Origin: Entomortierella parvispora E1425
Lineage: Eukaryota; Fungi; Mortierellomycota
Direction of reading: 5' to 3'
DNA: 64,000 nucleotides
Assembly (NCBI GenBank): GCA_020891255.1
Contig: BQFW01000007.1
Coordinates: 2,886,984-2,950,983, forward strand
Each line of letters begins with the position of its first letter. Position 1 is the stretch's first letter. The notes under the pieces are model-generated. The model saw only the letters and a list, made by a program, of their open reading frames with translations. It did no database searches and was not told where the DNA came from. This document shows, piece by piece, positions 1 through 13,197 of this stretch. A program made the position numbers and the translations under genes.

Positions 1-765
1 TGTCGACTCGACAACACGGATGCGGACGTTGAGGATCGACCGCTGCTTCCTGTCCTGTCACTGTCATAGTGCCCACCTTTCCGATCTCCATTTCGATCTC
101 TGTCTCCATAACGACCTCTGTCTCTGTCTCTGTCTGCAGATCCATTGGATGATTTCTGTCCAGATCGGTCGTCCCCATTAGGTTGAGCCATTTTCTGCAG
201 AAACTCAAACGAGTATTCTTGCTTCTTTGGCACAGGCTATTGGAAATATGGGACGAATTTAAATCCGTATTAGCATGGCATATAGGCGTCTGTTTCTTTT
301 TAAATAGAACGTAACAAAAAATCAATATCATCACAATTCCAAGAATATGGAAATGCCCCTTCTTACCTTTGAAGGGTCCAAGTTCCGAGAGGATGAAGAA
401 TACGTGGGTTTGTTGGACGATCTCGAATAGGTAGGCGCATTCGAATTGGAAGCCCTCTGCTGCTTCTGTTTCCGGGCTCGATCCAGCATTTCCTTTTCCC
501 GTTCTTCTTCCCGAGCCCGTTCCCGAGCCATCTCCTTGGCCCTCAATTGGGAAGCAACTTCTCTCTTTCGGAGCTCCTCCTCGTGTTTTTTCCTTTCGAG
601 CTCCTGGCGCAGCACTCGTTGAATCTCTGCCTCCTTGCGTCGACGGATGGAGTCTTCTTCCTTTTTACGTTGCTGTTCTTCGTATTCCAGTTGGCGTTGC
701 TTCTTTTGCAATTCAATCTCGGTCGCTCGCGTGAGCTTTGTCCCGACTTTTCTGAGCTCCTCGAA
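1..765 (-). CDS. Partial spliced gene (runs off the window start; first exon unresolved) for a charged coiled-coil protein; N-terminus loosely resembles fungal Spt2
   Basis: Exon 765-367 reads FEELRKVGTKLTRATEIELQKKQRQLEYEEQQRKKEE...PSK after a TAG acceptor and ends at a GTAAGA donor. A phase-0 CAG acceptor at 156 opens a D/R-rich frame (KSSNGSADRDRDRGRYGDRDR) that is open to position 1. The Spt2 resemblance is an impression only. Confidence 0.55.
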
Positions 766-1506
766 CTAGTTGCGGGAACAGGGTAGGTTATTTTTGGTGG
801 CGTAAAATGAAAAATGAAGCGGAAGATATGTTAGAAAGAGTAACTAGACGAGGTATACAATCTTCTCGGCATTGCTGGCGACAACCAGATTGAAGCCAAA
901 GGACTCGAGAAGGTATAGAATGCTATAGAAGCAAGAAGAAATCGACGGTCAAAGACCCCGTCTGGATATGTAGAGCACGCACCTCTCCCATAGCGCGCTT
1001 TTGTTTCGATTGATGAATGCGACTGGTGATGAGGGATTTCGAGTTGGAAAAGGAGAGGAAAAGTAAGGATGATAGGGGAGGGAAGGGTATATGCTTAATT
1101 CAGGGTAGGGACGTGGTCCGTGATGGCGGCAGGGGGTTGGAGCGGAGTGGAAGACGAAGGATGGATGGGGATTGGGCGCACACTCCTTGGCCGCCTCCAT
1201 CATGGTTATTTTAACTCTTCTTTTCTGAGAACTGATGACGTCACTGTCACGTGCGATGCGCCACCAACCTTGATTTTGATCCAGGCTGTCCTGTCTCTTG
1301 GCGTCAAAGAAAGACCCGCCAACGGGACAATCCACACCCGCTGTCTCTCTTCCTCTCTTCCTCTCTTCCTCTCTTCTCTCTTCTCTCTTCTCCCCTCAGC
1401 CCACCCTCTCTGTCCGTCACTCCCCCACCTTTTGTTTCTCTGGCCTCTCTCCCTCTCTCTCTCTTAGCACCCCATTTTCCTCCTCTCTAAACTCCACACG
1501 TCCGCC

Positions 1507-2140
1507 ATGGTAACACTCACCTTTGACCCGCAAACTCAAAAGAGCAATATCCAGCAACCCTGACCAAAAAACTTCAACGCGCGCCTACTTCTTTCAACTG
1601 TTCTACTCCTTCTCTTGTACCCCTTCATCCCTCATTCACCACCTCTAGAACTCGCCAACGAGCACAGCTCGCCCCATTATCATTGCCCTGGTCGTTGTCC
1701 TCCTCCTCGGCCTCATCTTTTCTTGTCTCCGTCGCCGACGTATGCTCCTGTTGCAACAGCAACAGCTTCTGCAAAATCAGGCGACAGAACTCTCTGCCGA
1801 TAATCTTCAAAGCGTCTATGTCTATCACTATCCACCCCCTCCTGGGAACCCGTTGGCGTTACCACCCCAGGCAGTAGGATCCCCTGCCGCTACCGGCTAT
1901 GGTTACTACACACCTCCAGCATCAGCTCCTCCTCGTTTGTCTGGAACTTACAACGCGGGATACCCTCCCATGTCTCCAGCAGGAGGAGCGCAGTATATCC
2001 CTGCTCAAGATGGCTCTGCAGGACTGGCGGGTGCGCAAAATACAACCTCCACAACGACGACGACGACGGTCATAGTACCTGCCGGAGATCAGGATAATAC
2101 CGCACCTCCTCCACCCTATTCACCCACTGTCCCGAAATAA
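1507..2140 (+). CDS. Small single-pass membrane protein with Pro/Tyr-rich cytosolic tail and C-terminal PPPY motif (Rsp5/Nedd4 adaptor-like)
   Basis: ATG 1507-1509, then a GT..AG intron 1510-1648. The spliced frame reads MNSPTSTARPIIIALVVVLLLGLIFSCLRRRR (TM plus basic stop-transfer), joins ORF 1742-2140 in frame, and ends TAPPPPYSPTVPK. Confidence 0.7.
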
Positions 2141-2750
2141 ATAATCCGGTTCCACCTTGAAAGATCCCTCTTGTTCGCAGAAAGGAAACAAACATGTTTT
2201 TTCTTTTTTTTCTTTTTTTTTTTTTTTGTTTTTTTTTGCTCTCATCCCATCCTAAATGTCGTGGGGCAACTTGTTGTTGATGCCTTGACGCACGAGCCAA
2301 GTTGTTTGAAGCCATATCGGGCCGACAAAGTTTACGAAAAAACAATACATGCGGCGTTCGTGGGAAGAGTACATGTCCCCACGCTCCGGAAGGAATGTTG
2401 TCCACGTTTTTTTTTGTCAACTGGTTACAGACTGTGATAAATAATAGATTTTCATTTACACCTGAGTGAGATTCAAAGTAGAGAGAAAGACACAAAAGAG
2501 AAAAGGAGACAAGGGAGAGGAGTGTGTGGGCGCAAGAGAGAGAGAGAGAGAGAGCGGTGAGGATCTATGTTATGTACAGCCTACGTCGGGGTTTTTTTTC
2601 GGTCGTCACCTGTGGCCCCCCAAGTGAAAGATAAAAGACTGGGATATTGCAAAAAAAAAAAGGGAAAACGGCTATGAAAAGGACTCGAGAAGAATGAAAG
2701 ATATCGATTCATCTCTTTTTTTGTGGTTTTTTTTCTTCTTTGTTCTCCAG

Positions 2751-4625
2751 CTAACAAACGAGTCCCTCCAACATGTCTGATCCATCTGCAATGAAAAACG
2801 TCTCCACATCGCCCTGACCACGTTCGAAATCAAAGGCCATGACCAAAAGTGGTGTCGGGTTCTCGAATCGCGCATCCTTGTCCTCAAAGACCTGGACCAC
2901 AGACAAGTTGGTCAATGCAATATCAATCTCGCCCCATGTCGTCAAGTTCCGGATCCCGTTCAGGAACGCGCCAAAGAACTGGTTCACAAACTCGAAATTG
3001 TACACAAACTTGTTGTCGACACAGGCCGCCTGCTTCAACTCCTTGCCTTCCAAGACCTTGGTCCCGAATGAATAGATTGAGGTCGTACATTCAACCAATC
3101 GACGCTCGTTCGAATCAAACAACGAGGTATTGCCAAAGACACCATTCAGGTTCAGGTTCAAGTCAAGTTTGATCTTGAAGAACAAGAATGTGCACATTGT
3201 CTTTTGATACAAGTCATAGAGCGATGGGAATTTTTCTTGTGGCAATTGGTGAACATTGATACTGCCAAAAGACTGGTGACCCAGGTCTTTTGACCGTGCC
3301 AGAGAATGCATCTGGGGGATGGTTGGCATCAATTCGGCAATGTACTCGGTATAAAGACCAAATACACTTGGCCAGAATGGATAAGACATCTCGCTCGCCA
3401 GATCGCTCATACCAGAATCTTCCCGTCCAAACGTACTACTTCTACTGGCGCCAGGAACCGTGGTCTCGGACGTTCCATCTTCGGACCCTGAGGTTGTCAG
3501 TGTTGTGGGACTACTCTTCCAAGTGTCCGTAGACAGAGACACGGCAGAGTCGGGGTGTTTGTGATGGCCATGGTGGTTGTGATGGTACCCAGATAGTGTC
3601 GTGGGCAGCTTGTCGAGTTGTTTCCTGAACGGCTCCGAGAGATTCATCGTGTCTGGGAGGATCGACGACATGCTCGACATACTCTGAGTGTGTCGATGTC
3701 TCTTTCTTGGCGCACTCGGTGAAGACTGAACTCTGACAAGCGGTGCAGGTGGTTGGGATGGTGGCTGGGAGGACAACGACATGCGTCTTTGCTGCTGTTG
3801 TTGTTTTTGTTCTTGTTGTAATTGCAAGTGGAAGCCCATCGAGGGCATGACCGCGATCGAGTTACGGCGATGCTCGGGCATTGGTGGCCGTGGGCCCATA
3901 GGTGATGTTGGGGACGAGGGCGGGGAGGCCTGCCTACTTTCAGAAGCAGAAAAGTAGCCAGAGGGGATATCTAAAGCCAGATCGTCTTCGCCTTCTCCGC
4001 CATCCATCAGCAACTTCATAACTAGATGCGGTATTTTATAAGAAAGCGCGGTAAGGAGTCACGGACATGGTAGGGGAGAGATTGCCCAAGCAGAAACATG
4101 GAAGCAAGAAACGGGAGAGGGGAGATCACTTACAGGCAGTATCGCTCTTTCGGGTGTTCTTGAGCACCTGGATGTGCGAAGACACCTGCTTCCGGGTTCG
4201 GATCTTTCCTGTCCGCTTGTAGATATAGTCTGCAATAAGCTCATTCCTTCCACAGGGCTTCCCGTCTACGAGCACCTTTCGACGGCCGAGTTTTGGGATA
4301 ACCTCAAGAGCTAATAGAGGGAGAATAGAAGGGTTTTTTTTCGAAAAGGTGTGGTGCAGGTGTGGTGTAGAAGTGGTTGCGCAAGGGAGGCGGGAAGAGT
4401 GAGAAAAGGGTTGTTGGTATCTCCACTAGTCTTTATCCAAACACGACTTTGTGCGACAAACAAAGACAAGAGACAAGACGCGGTCCTTTTCCTTACCTTC
4501 GTTAAAGATCTTTTCCACATCCAGTGGCCACACCTAAGAAAAGAAATACAGAAAAAATGCCAGGGGGAAGGAGAGAAAAGAAGGGGGGATGGTCATTTTA
4601 TCCCTTTGGTCATTAGTAAACCATG

Positions 4626-4667
<42 letters not shown>

Positions 4668-6063
4668 AATGTGCGCCGAACAAAGGGGTGTGCAAAGGCA
4701 AGACCCCTCCCTTGCCCAAAGAAAGATCCCTGTCATCTGTGCAGTAGAATCAATGGGTACTCACCTCTTCCCTGTCGTTCTTGGCCAACTTGTCTTTGGT
4801 GAGTCGGCGCCTCAGTCCAGCTTGTGGGCGTTGGCCTCCGGAATGAACTCCGAAGCCACATGACATACTTGAGGAATCTTGCGACGAAGATGAAGGCGAA
4901 GAGAGATGGGGATCCAAGAGGCCTCCAGCGCCATGTTGCAGTGTGCAGGTTGAGCCAGAGTGGCTAAGTGTGCTGGGGCTGGAGGAAAGGTCGTGGTGGT
5001 CCACAGAGTGAACTGGGGACATGTTGATCATGTCTGTTGAGCTCTTGCTGCCGTTCAACATGCCCTGCATCTGAGTCGCGACGAGGCCGACAGAGGGCAT
5101 ATGTCCGTGTTGAATCTGGTGTCGATGCTGCTGTTGCAGGAATTGGCCGTAGCTGGTGTGAGTCAAGTCCAAGGACCCAGTTTTGTGATGGTGGTGATGT
5201 TGGTGAGATGAATGGAGAAGGGGCGAAACATAAGGGGGAGGGGTGTGGTGCTGATGGGTGACCAAGGGCGGCTGCTGAGCCTGTCGACTCACGCTGTGGC
5301 GCTTTGTTGGCTTCTTTTCAGAAGCGCGATCCTTGCTGGATGTCGTCGAAGCAGCCTTCTTTTGGCCGTTGCTGGTGCCTGGGACCAAGAATGGGGAAGT
5401 TTTGCTATCAATAATCTCCATTGAGACAGCTCCATCGCTGGTTTCGCCTTGCGAGTCCAGACCGAACGAGGTGACTGCAGAGAGAAGTTCATGGTCCGAT
5501 TGTTCGTGGCCCTGGTTCTGATCCATGATTTGGGTTGATGAAAATGGCCCGTTACTATCAGAGTGGCCTAATGTATCAATTGGGCTGAGAATTGCACTGA
5601 AGAGCTGGCGGTTGAACGGATCGCTTTCGCATCCAGACAGATCGAGCGGGGACGGCGTCAAGTATGAAGAGTCTGCCGTGTCGAACGGGTGGAGGAGTTG
5701 CTGATCATGAAGGGGGATGCCATTATCAGAGTACATGTGTGTGAACAAATCTTTAGAGGACAAATCCATTGGGGAGGATTGCTGGGATGAGGAAGAGAAG
5801 TTGGTGTGGTCGCTCAGGGCACCAATGTCTAGCTCAAGGTCCAAGGCCTCTGCGTTGCTGAAGACAAAGCTGGTCGGTGTAATGGAGCCAGGATGTTGTG
5901 GTTGAAGGGAAGGCGAAGGTAAAGATGCATGATGGGCTTTAGGGGTGGCTGTGCTGGGAGAGGATGGTGGGGAGGCCTGATGACATTGGAGAAGGTCCTC
6001 TGCCAGAGAAGCAAGTGGATCGGGCAAGTCGTCGCCGCGTTGAGAAAGTGGTTGATAGTCCAT
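2751..6063 (-). CDS. TEA/ATTS transcription factor with TEA DNA-binding domain and C-terminal TEAD-type YAP-binding-like domain
   Basis: Exon 6063-4765, a small exon [12 protein letters not shown], an exon [51 protein letters not shown] (TEA domain), and a terminal exon with [16 protein letters not shown]...FVYNF...LTNLSVVQV...LLVMAFDFE that matches the TEAD YAP-binding domain pattern. Confidence 0.9.
4632..4664. repeat. (GT)n microsatellite in a TEA-gene intron
   Basis: About 16 uninterrupted GT units. Confidence 0.95.
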
Positions 6064-9000
6064 TTTTTTTTCTCTAGGAGGCTGTGCGGCAAGGTCTGAA
6101 CAAGTGAACGATGAGAGCCCTGATGGTGGATCGGTATGGTGGTCGGTCGGTTACCAGGATGGGAGCGCGTAGGGGGAGAGGGTGTGGGCTGGAAAGGAGG
6201 GAGTTATATGAAACTGTTTAGAGCCAGGGCTGGATTGGTAAAGAAGACTGACTGGGCAAGATCAGCAAGTGGTTGGGGTGAACGGGAGCGAGGAGGAAGA
6301 GGAAAGAGTAGAGAAAGGTAGAAAAGAATCAAAACCGATGATGAGCAAGCTGAGCTGGGGAAAGGGGGAGCAAAGTACCAGACCAGTACGTGGGCGGTGG
6401 GGGTTCCTCGTCTCGATCGCAATGTGGGATGGACAAGGTTGGACAAGGTGGTCGAGGATAAGGACGACCAGCTGCTGTTAGGAAGAGTTGTTTAGTGGAA
6501 GCAGTGATCACAAAGAGAAGAAGGAAGAGGACAGAAAACAGAAAGAGGGAGCAAAGGAAAAGAAGGAAAGAAGGGACAGCAGCAAGGGAAAGGAAGCCAG
6601 GACAGCACGAGCGACGCCAATTCAGTCCACGACTGGGGGAAAGGGTGGGGGAGTTAGAGGAGGGGTGAATGAATGAAGAAGGAAAGCAATACAAAAAAAT
6701 AAAAAAAAAATGGACGAGAGGAACGAACGAGCAAAATGAGCTGTCTGTGTTTGTGTGCGTGTTGTGCGTGTGTGTGAGAGAGAGGAAGAGAGGAAGAGAG
6801 AGAGGGAAAAGAAAGAGAAAAGAGAGCGACTCTGAAGGGGAGAGAGGGGGTGCGCGGATAGAGGGAAGGAGGAGGAAGAGGAGGAAGAAGAGGAGAAGGA
6901 GGAGGGGGGAGAGAGGGTCGAACCTTGAGGAGGATTGAGGGGGGGTCGAGGGGAGGGGAAGAACGAAGGGCTCTCTCGAGGTGACGACGAAAGAAGCGAA
7001 GGGGAGACAGAAGGGGGGACGGAAGGACGATGGACGATGGACGATGGCCGGATGGAAGGATGGTTGGGTTGGTGGAGAGGGGCAGAGAGAGAGAGAAACG
7101 GATGCGTGAGTGAGTCTTTGTGAATGAATTGACGAATGAATATGAATACTGGACGGCTACGACTGTGCCGTGGCCCAAGGACCACGATCTTCTTCCCTCG
7201 TTCCAGATTTCCACTTTCTCTTTCTGAAGGATGCACACAGCTGCAGGACTGGAGCGGGGGAGGGAATCGCCAAAAGGAAAGGAAAGGGAAGGGAAAGGGT
7301 TCTTTGATCTTGAATAGAAATTTCTACCATGGAGGAACAGTTGCAGACAGATGAAGTTCGGCGGGGACGGTGGATATGATGATATTATAGCCCAAGGGGA
7401 TCAGGGTGCATGGGTTATAACTTGAATCCAAGAAAGAGAACCATGGCGCCCATGGCCCATTAAGTCTATGGAGTGAATACGGAGGCCAATTGAGTCGTAA
7501 ATGCAGCGTGGGGTCTGCGAGCTATTGTCGCAGTGCAATGTGGTCCTGGGACAGGCAGATCAGAGGTTGAGGAGGGCAAAGTAGATACGGGCAACGTCGG
7601 TGCAACCATCGCATGGCATCGATGACCATTTTTTTGTTCCCTTCCAGCCCGCGATGAAGAAGACGGATGAGCTCAAATGAGGAGCAGCGCGCACATGCGA
7701 CCCTCTATCGCTATCAATCTTTTCTCACTCATCTCTGGGGTTGCCTTTTTTTTTTGCCGCAACTATACTGTGGACACGGATGCACTCCTCTGCAAGCGAG
7801 CTGTCCCGCACCCAGGACAGAACAAAGCCATGCCATCAGTAAAAAAGGGGCAGGAAGAGATGATGTCCGAGGACAACAAAACACCAAGACCATTCAGACT
7901 CTACTCGACTCTGTTGCCATCCGTGATTTCCTTCACCATGCAGCTCTCTTTATTTATTGTTGCTCAAGAGTAAGACGCGTTGTTCTATGCACGAGCAATG
8001 TTGCCCTTTTGTACATTGTACTTGAGCCTGTACAAAGTGGATCTTGTGTATGCCGAGCGAAACATGCAGCAGGTAACAGACACATTTCGAATGTATCGAG
8101 CACAGTTTTGTCGTATTTGTTTGCATGGAACGGAACAGCCAAGCAGCAGCCCACAGCTGCAATCAGGCACAACATCATAATCGCCGACTCACAGGGGCAA
8201 CAGACGGCGAAAGGACAGACATGCGAAAAGAAAAACAAAACAAAGAAGGTTAGAGAGAAAAAAAATGAGGTAAAGGACAACAGGAGAGTCCAATGGTCCA
8301 CACCAAGACCATTTTGTGTGTCTTTTGCTCTGGTCAGCGCTCACAGGAGATGCCACGGGCAAAGAAGGAAAAAAAGAAAAGGAAAGAAAAGAGGGGGTTA
8401 GAAAGCAACGACCAAACGAGAGACAGTCCTTCTCCTTTTCTACAAAAAAGAAAGGTTGTTTTTGTGTCTGTGTGTGGTTCAACTTCAGTCGCTCTCCTTT
8501 GTCGGAATGCATTGGAATTTTTCTTGGTGCTCGGATGCAGTGAAAAATAAAGGAAGCCGATAGTGAATAGGGACAACATAGGGTCACCCATCTTGCGCCT
8601 CTCGCCCCAACCCGTCAGTCTTGCTGTCATCACTTTCTTGCCTGCTGGTCTGGGATGAGAGAGGGAAAGAAGGGAGGTCAACGGTGTGTGTGGTGTGTTG
8701 TGGGTGGTTGTTGCGATCTGGGCAAGGGACATTATTATGAAGTGGCAAAAACTCTCAAGTGGCTTCCCCTACCCCTCCCCCCTCCCTCCCTCCCTACCTC
8801 CCTTCTTCCCTCTCTTCTTCCCTCCCTTTCTCTCACCCAGTCTCGCCACAATGGCGTTCGCATGAATGGGTAAAGAGCGGGAAAGAAACGTCAGAACTCA
8901 ACTGACGCGCTCGACTCTTTCTTCGACCATTATTGGTTTGTCCCTGGCAAGCTGCTCATTTTCCTTCATCCCTTCTTTTCTTTCTCTCCCATCATCCCGC

Positions 9001-9360
9001 GTCCGAACGTGGTTATTTCAATACCGCCCGTCTGCGGTTAACAACTTCATTGATGACCCCCCCCCCCCCGTTGTTCGATCATCCAATATCCTGTAACGCA
9101 ATTCAACCCTCGGCGACGTTCCAAAGGAGGGGCAGTGTCACAACGCGTCTCTTTTAGGAGCTGGTCACTCGGTTCGGCATTGGCCAATGGATGAGCTTTA
9201 TTCATATCTTGCTCCTTCTGGCTCGAGGACCACGTTGTTGCTTGGAATGACCCTTTCCTTATTGTTTTGTTGGCGAACACTGCAGATGCCCAGGGCACAA
9301 AACACATAAAAAACACAGTAAGCGATCAATTTATTATATGTGCATTCTAAACAACCGCCC

Positions 9361-10289
9361 CTACTCGTCCACGGCATCCTCGACCATGGGTCTGCGTTGC
9401 TTGACTTTTTCCGCAGCCTCATCCGAGATGGCTTGAGTGTGAACCTCCTCCTGAGCAGTCTCGCCTTGGGAAGCAAGTTGCTTCTTGGCCTTCTTTGTCT
9501 CTTTGGGCTCCTCGGGCTCGTGCCATCCCCAGAAAGGAATAAAGGAATCGACGAATCCCACGTCCTCAAACAAGTTGGGGAAGATCCAGATACCGGGCTT
9601 GAGCACAACCCAGGTGATCATGAACAAGATCAAGCGCACAATAGCCATGGCGAAGAACAGACCCAACAGAATCAGCACACCGACAGAAAGGTACCAGACG
9701 CCGAGTCGGAGAGGTACGGGCCAAAGAGGGAACATTACACCAGCCAAAACAATAAACAAAAGTCCTCCAGCCATAAGGTGTGTCCGGAGCTGAGATCCCT
9801 CGTACCTCCAGACGAAAACGCCATCCTCTCCGAATGACTGGTACTGAACCAACGACAACATGTTCTTTGGCATATCAGGGTCCGATGGTCTCTCGACCTT
9901 GAGGAAGAACTGATGGGGGATCATGGATCCCAAGAGCTGTGCGGCCGATTCCCTAGTCAACTCGCCCAACTCTTTGCCCACTGCTGTTTGACGGAACTCT
10001 GGTTTGAGGAGCGAGTTGACCGCACCCTTGCCTAAAGAGAGGGAAATAGGAGAAATGAAGAACTGGGTCAAAAAAAATGTTGCAGCGACATGTAGTATGC
10101 TCTACAGGCTGGTTGTCCACGAATGGCGCGAGGGCCTGCTTCCAGAATCGTTTTGTTACCTCGAAAGTAGATGACACGCGAGTCGTTGAAGACTCCATCA
10201 CGCTTTTTGAGACCCGATTGAGGGCTCAGGAGGTAATCTGCTACCTGGCAGAGGTTCTTAGGGCGCTGTGGTGGTGCGTTGGCATCCAT
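9361..10289 (-). CDS. SEC62: Translocation protein Sec62
   Basis: Two exons (…SRVIYFR|GKGAVNSLL…); motifs YVW-like FVWRYEG, LAGVMFPLWP, two TM helices and GIWIFPNLFEDVGFVDSFIP. Confidence 0.95.
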
Positions 10290-10734
10290 GGTTGAATATG
10301 AGTTGATGATGGGGCTGGCGCGTGATTGTCTGACTGTGCTGGTGGGTCCTGATCAGGTCCTGGATGGAGTTGTTTGCTAGGCTTGACTGTCCTGGGGTGT
10401 TGGTGTGCTTGCTTGCTTGCTTGGGTACGCGGGCGAAAGAGAACAAGAGAGGCAGAGAGACGGAGGGAGGAGGGAACAAGGGCGATGAGAGAGAGAAGAA
10501 AAAGAACGAAAACAAGATGAAGGGATACTGCTCATGGCACGCAAGAAGGAGAAAAGGGCAGAGGGCCACAGCCGACCAATCGCACGCCGCCATTGCACCA
10601 CAGCACCACGGCGGTGGCGCGTCTCTCTCTGCTCTGGCATCTGCAGTGCACCCCTTCGCTTGAGGGGCACACACCGCGAATTTCTCTTTTTGGTGGCATT
10701 GCTTGGTTGGTTGGTTTCTGTCTGCAATGCATTC

Positions 10735-13197
10735 ATGGACTCATGGACTCATGGACGGACCATGGACTACTACGACAACCACGGCAATGAGGAAGAGGCC
10801 TACAACGACTATGAAGAAGGCCTGGCCGCTCTAGACCATCTCGTCGCTGAGGGTCATTTCCGGGGTCCTGTGGGTCTCGTCTACAATGGAGGTGTAGGTG
10901 TTATCCTTTCCCAGGGCTCGAATGAACATGAATCGGACCAACATGACGATTCAGACGAACATGACAACGAAGGGGACGGATCAGTGCATGGCGGTGAACA
11001 GGCGGAGCCAGCGCGTGAGGACGAACGACAGGGCACACCCTCTCAGGACCCCGACTTCCAGAGCCAGGTCGACGTGGTCGTGCTTCCAAAACAGCAGGGC
11101 CGTAACTCTGTACCAGAGCCGCGGCCGAAAAATGTAGAAACCGAAGAGTCAACATGCCCAATCTGCTTTGAAGCGTGGACAAACAGCGGTCCCCATCGAA
11201 TGGCCTCCCTCAAATGTGGTCACCTCTATGGGGAGAGTTGTATTTTCAAGTGGATAGCGCAACGCGGTCAACAAGGAGGAAAATTCAAATGTCCAGAGTG
11301 CAACTATTTGAGCTCTCGCAAGGATATACGTCGGATCTGGAGCAGGAGTGTTGTGGCTATAGACACGACTGAAAAAGACGAGGCGGTGGCCCGCGCTAGA
11401 AAGGAGCAGGATGCACGCATACGTTTGGAGCTAGAGCTCAAGCAGTCTCGCATGGCCCACGAGATGTTAAAGTCTGAAGCGATCAAGTTGCAGCAAAAGC
11501 ACGACCACCAGAGGGCTTTGAAAAGAAAGTAAGGATTTTGTTGGACGACATTCGCTCAATGCAGATTCCACGTTGGGTTCCTGATGCTGGGCGTTGACAC
11601 TTTTTTTTTTTTTTTTGTAGATACCGTGCCCAGGTCAAACAACTTCAGTTTGCAAATCCAAACATGCATATACAACGCCAGTTTGTATTCAGGGCAACCA
11701 GGGTGATATTGCTCTCGGACAAAGTACCTATCATTCAAAGGCAGCATCGACCTACGAATCTTTATAGTGCGTGCTGACAACTCTTTTTTGTCAATTAGAA
11801 TACTGACGCTCAGGATCCCCGCTACCTCTCATATCGCCCAAATGAACAGATGCTTATTTACAGTCAACAACGGCACAGCATGCATGGGATCGCACGAATC
11901 TTTATGGCAGACGGTGTTTATGATCCGCATTCGTTTATACCCCTACACGCCCAACCTATCAAAGATGTACAGTGCTTTAATGGCGAGCCCTCCTGCAACA
12001 GGTCTTTGATTCTAACTGCCAGCATGGACAAAACTCTCAAAGTGACATCTTGGACCACGCGCCAGGTTGTCGTATCGTAAGTAACATGTCGTTTGCAATG
12101 TCAGCGTATGAGTGGTGATTTCGAATAATAAACTGATTGCTTTTCATTAGCTACAAACTGGATGTTCCTGTATGGTCGTGTTGTTGGTCCACCTCAAATC
12201 CTTATACCATGTATTGCTCTATCAAAGGCCCACAAACAGGCATCGCCACGCTCGATCTCCGCAACCCCAATACCCCCGTGTCCATGTTTCAACAACCAAG
12301 CTCTTTGGGACACTCTCCGATCCACTCCATGGCTTTTATAGGACCCCATGCAAATCAAAATAGGGAGGGCGTTCTTTGCGGGAACTTGGAAGGAGCATTC
12401 ATATACAACTTGGGGAGCGATCAAGAGTCCATTAGTGCAAGTCAGGAGGCGACCATCGGAATTACCCAACCCTCTTCGAGCAGCGTAGGCGACCAAATGC
12501 ACAAACCACTGCGCTTTCCGGGCGGAAGCTGCACCTCGGTTTCCTTTGACGAAGATTCACGCCAATGGATGGCCTCTTACAAATTTTTAGGTAAAGAGTA
12601 TACTCAACATAGCCGAGGAATACTGAGCATAGACCAAGGTAGCGAGCAGTACAATCTCGTTAGCCAGCAACAAGTGTCGGGTGGACCGCCGGTGAAAGGT
12701 ATGGCTAGGACGAGCGTGTTCAGTCATCAAGATGGATCCATCAAAATGGCAGCTGGTTCAGAAGGATCGGTAAGTTGACGATAGCACTTTATTTTTGTCA
12801 TCTCTCCAACATGTTTCCGATTGATTAACGTTCCCTTCTGTCTACGCAGGTGTTTGTGTGGCAGGAAGAAACCAGTTCGCGGCGAAAGAGTATAGGGAGT
12901 GCCTTGGAGCGTCTCCCGCTTCAATCGGTCAATGGATATAGTCAGGTTAAAGGTTCTGTAAGAGATATCAAGTATGTCTCTGTTGGTCACGACGAGTATC
13001 TGGCTGCTTTGACTGAGAAGGAGGTCCAACTTTTTCGTTGGTCTGAGCTCGAATTGGACTCTGTTCAAGATGTATCCGAGGAAAGCGACGACAATGATCC
13101 AGGCGGCGGGGTGTCTAATGAAGGTATACCTGCCAAGAGGAGGCTCGAGTCTGAGGATGGACCGCACCCTCCTCAATTGATCAGCCCTCCGCTTTGA
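10735..13197 (+). CDS. RFWD3: RING + coiled-coil + WD40 E3 ubiquitin ligase, RFWD3-like (start could be 10762)
   Basis: RING CPICFEAWTNSGPHRMASLKCGHLYGESCIFKW...CPECN, followed by a coiled coil and WD40-like exons (LILTASMDKTLKV, VPVWSCCWS). Confidence 0.85.

Noticed and set aside
6100-8800. ORFs of 120-244 aa upstream of the TEA gene
   Set aside because: Low-complexity purine/pyrimidine tracts, typical of a long promoter or 5' UTR; no coding signal.
8851-9316. Possible small spliced gene or uORF (good Kozak ATG at 8851, TTTTAG acceptor at 9157)
   Set aside because: The first ATG gives only MAFA-stop and the spliced alternatives give short unrecognisable peptides; it cannot be supported without RNA data.
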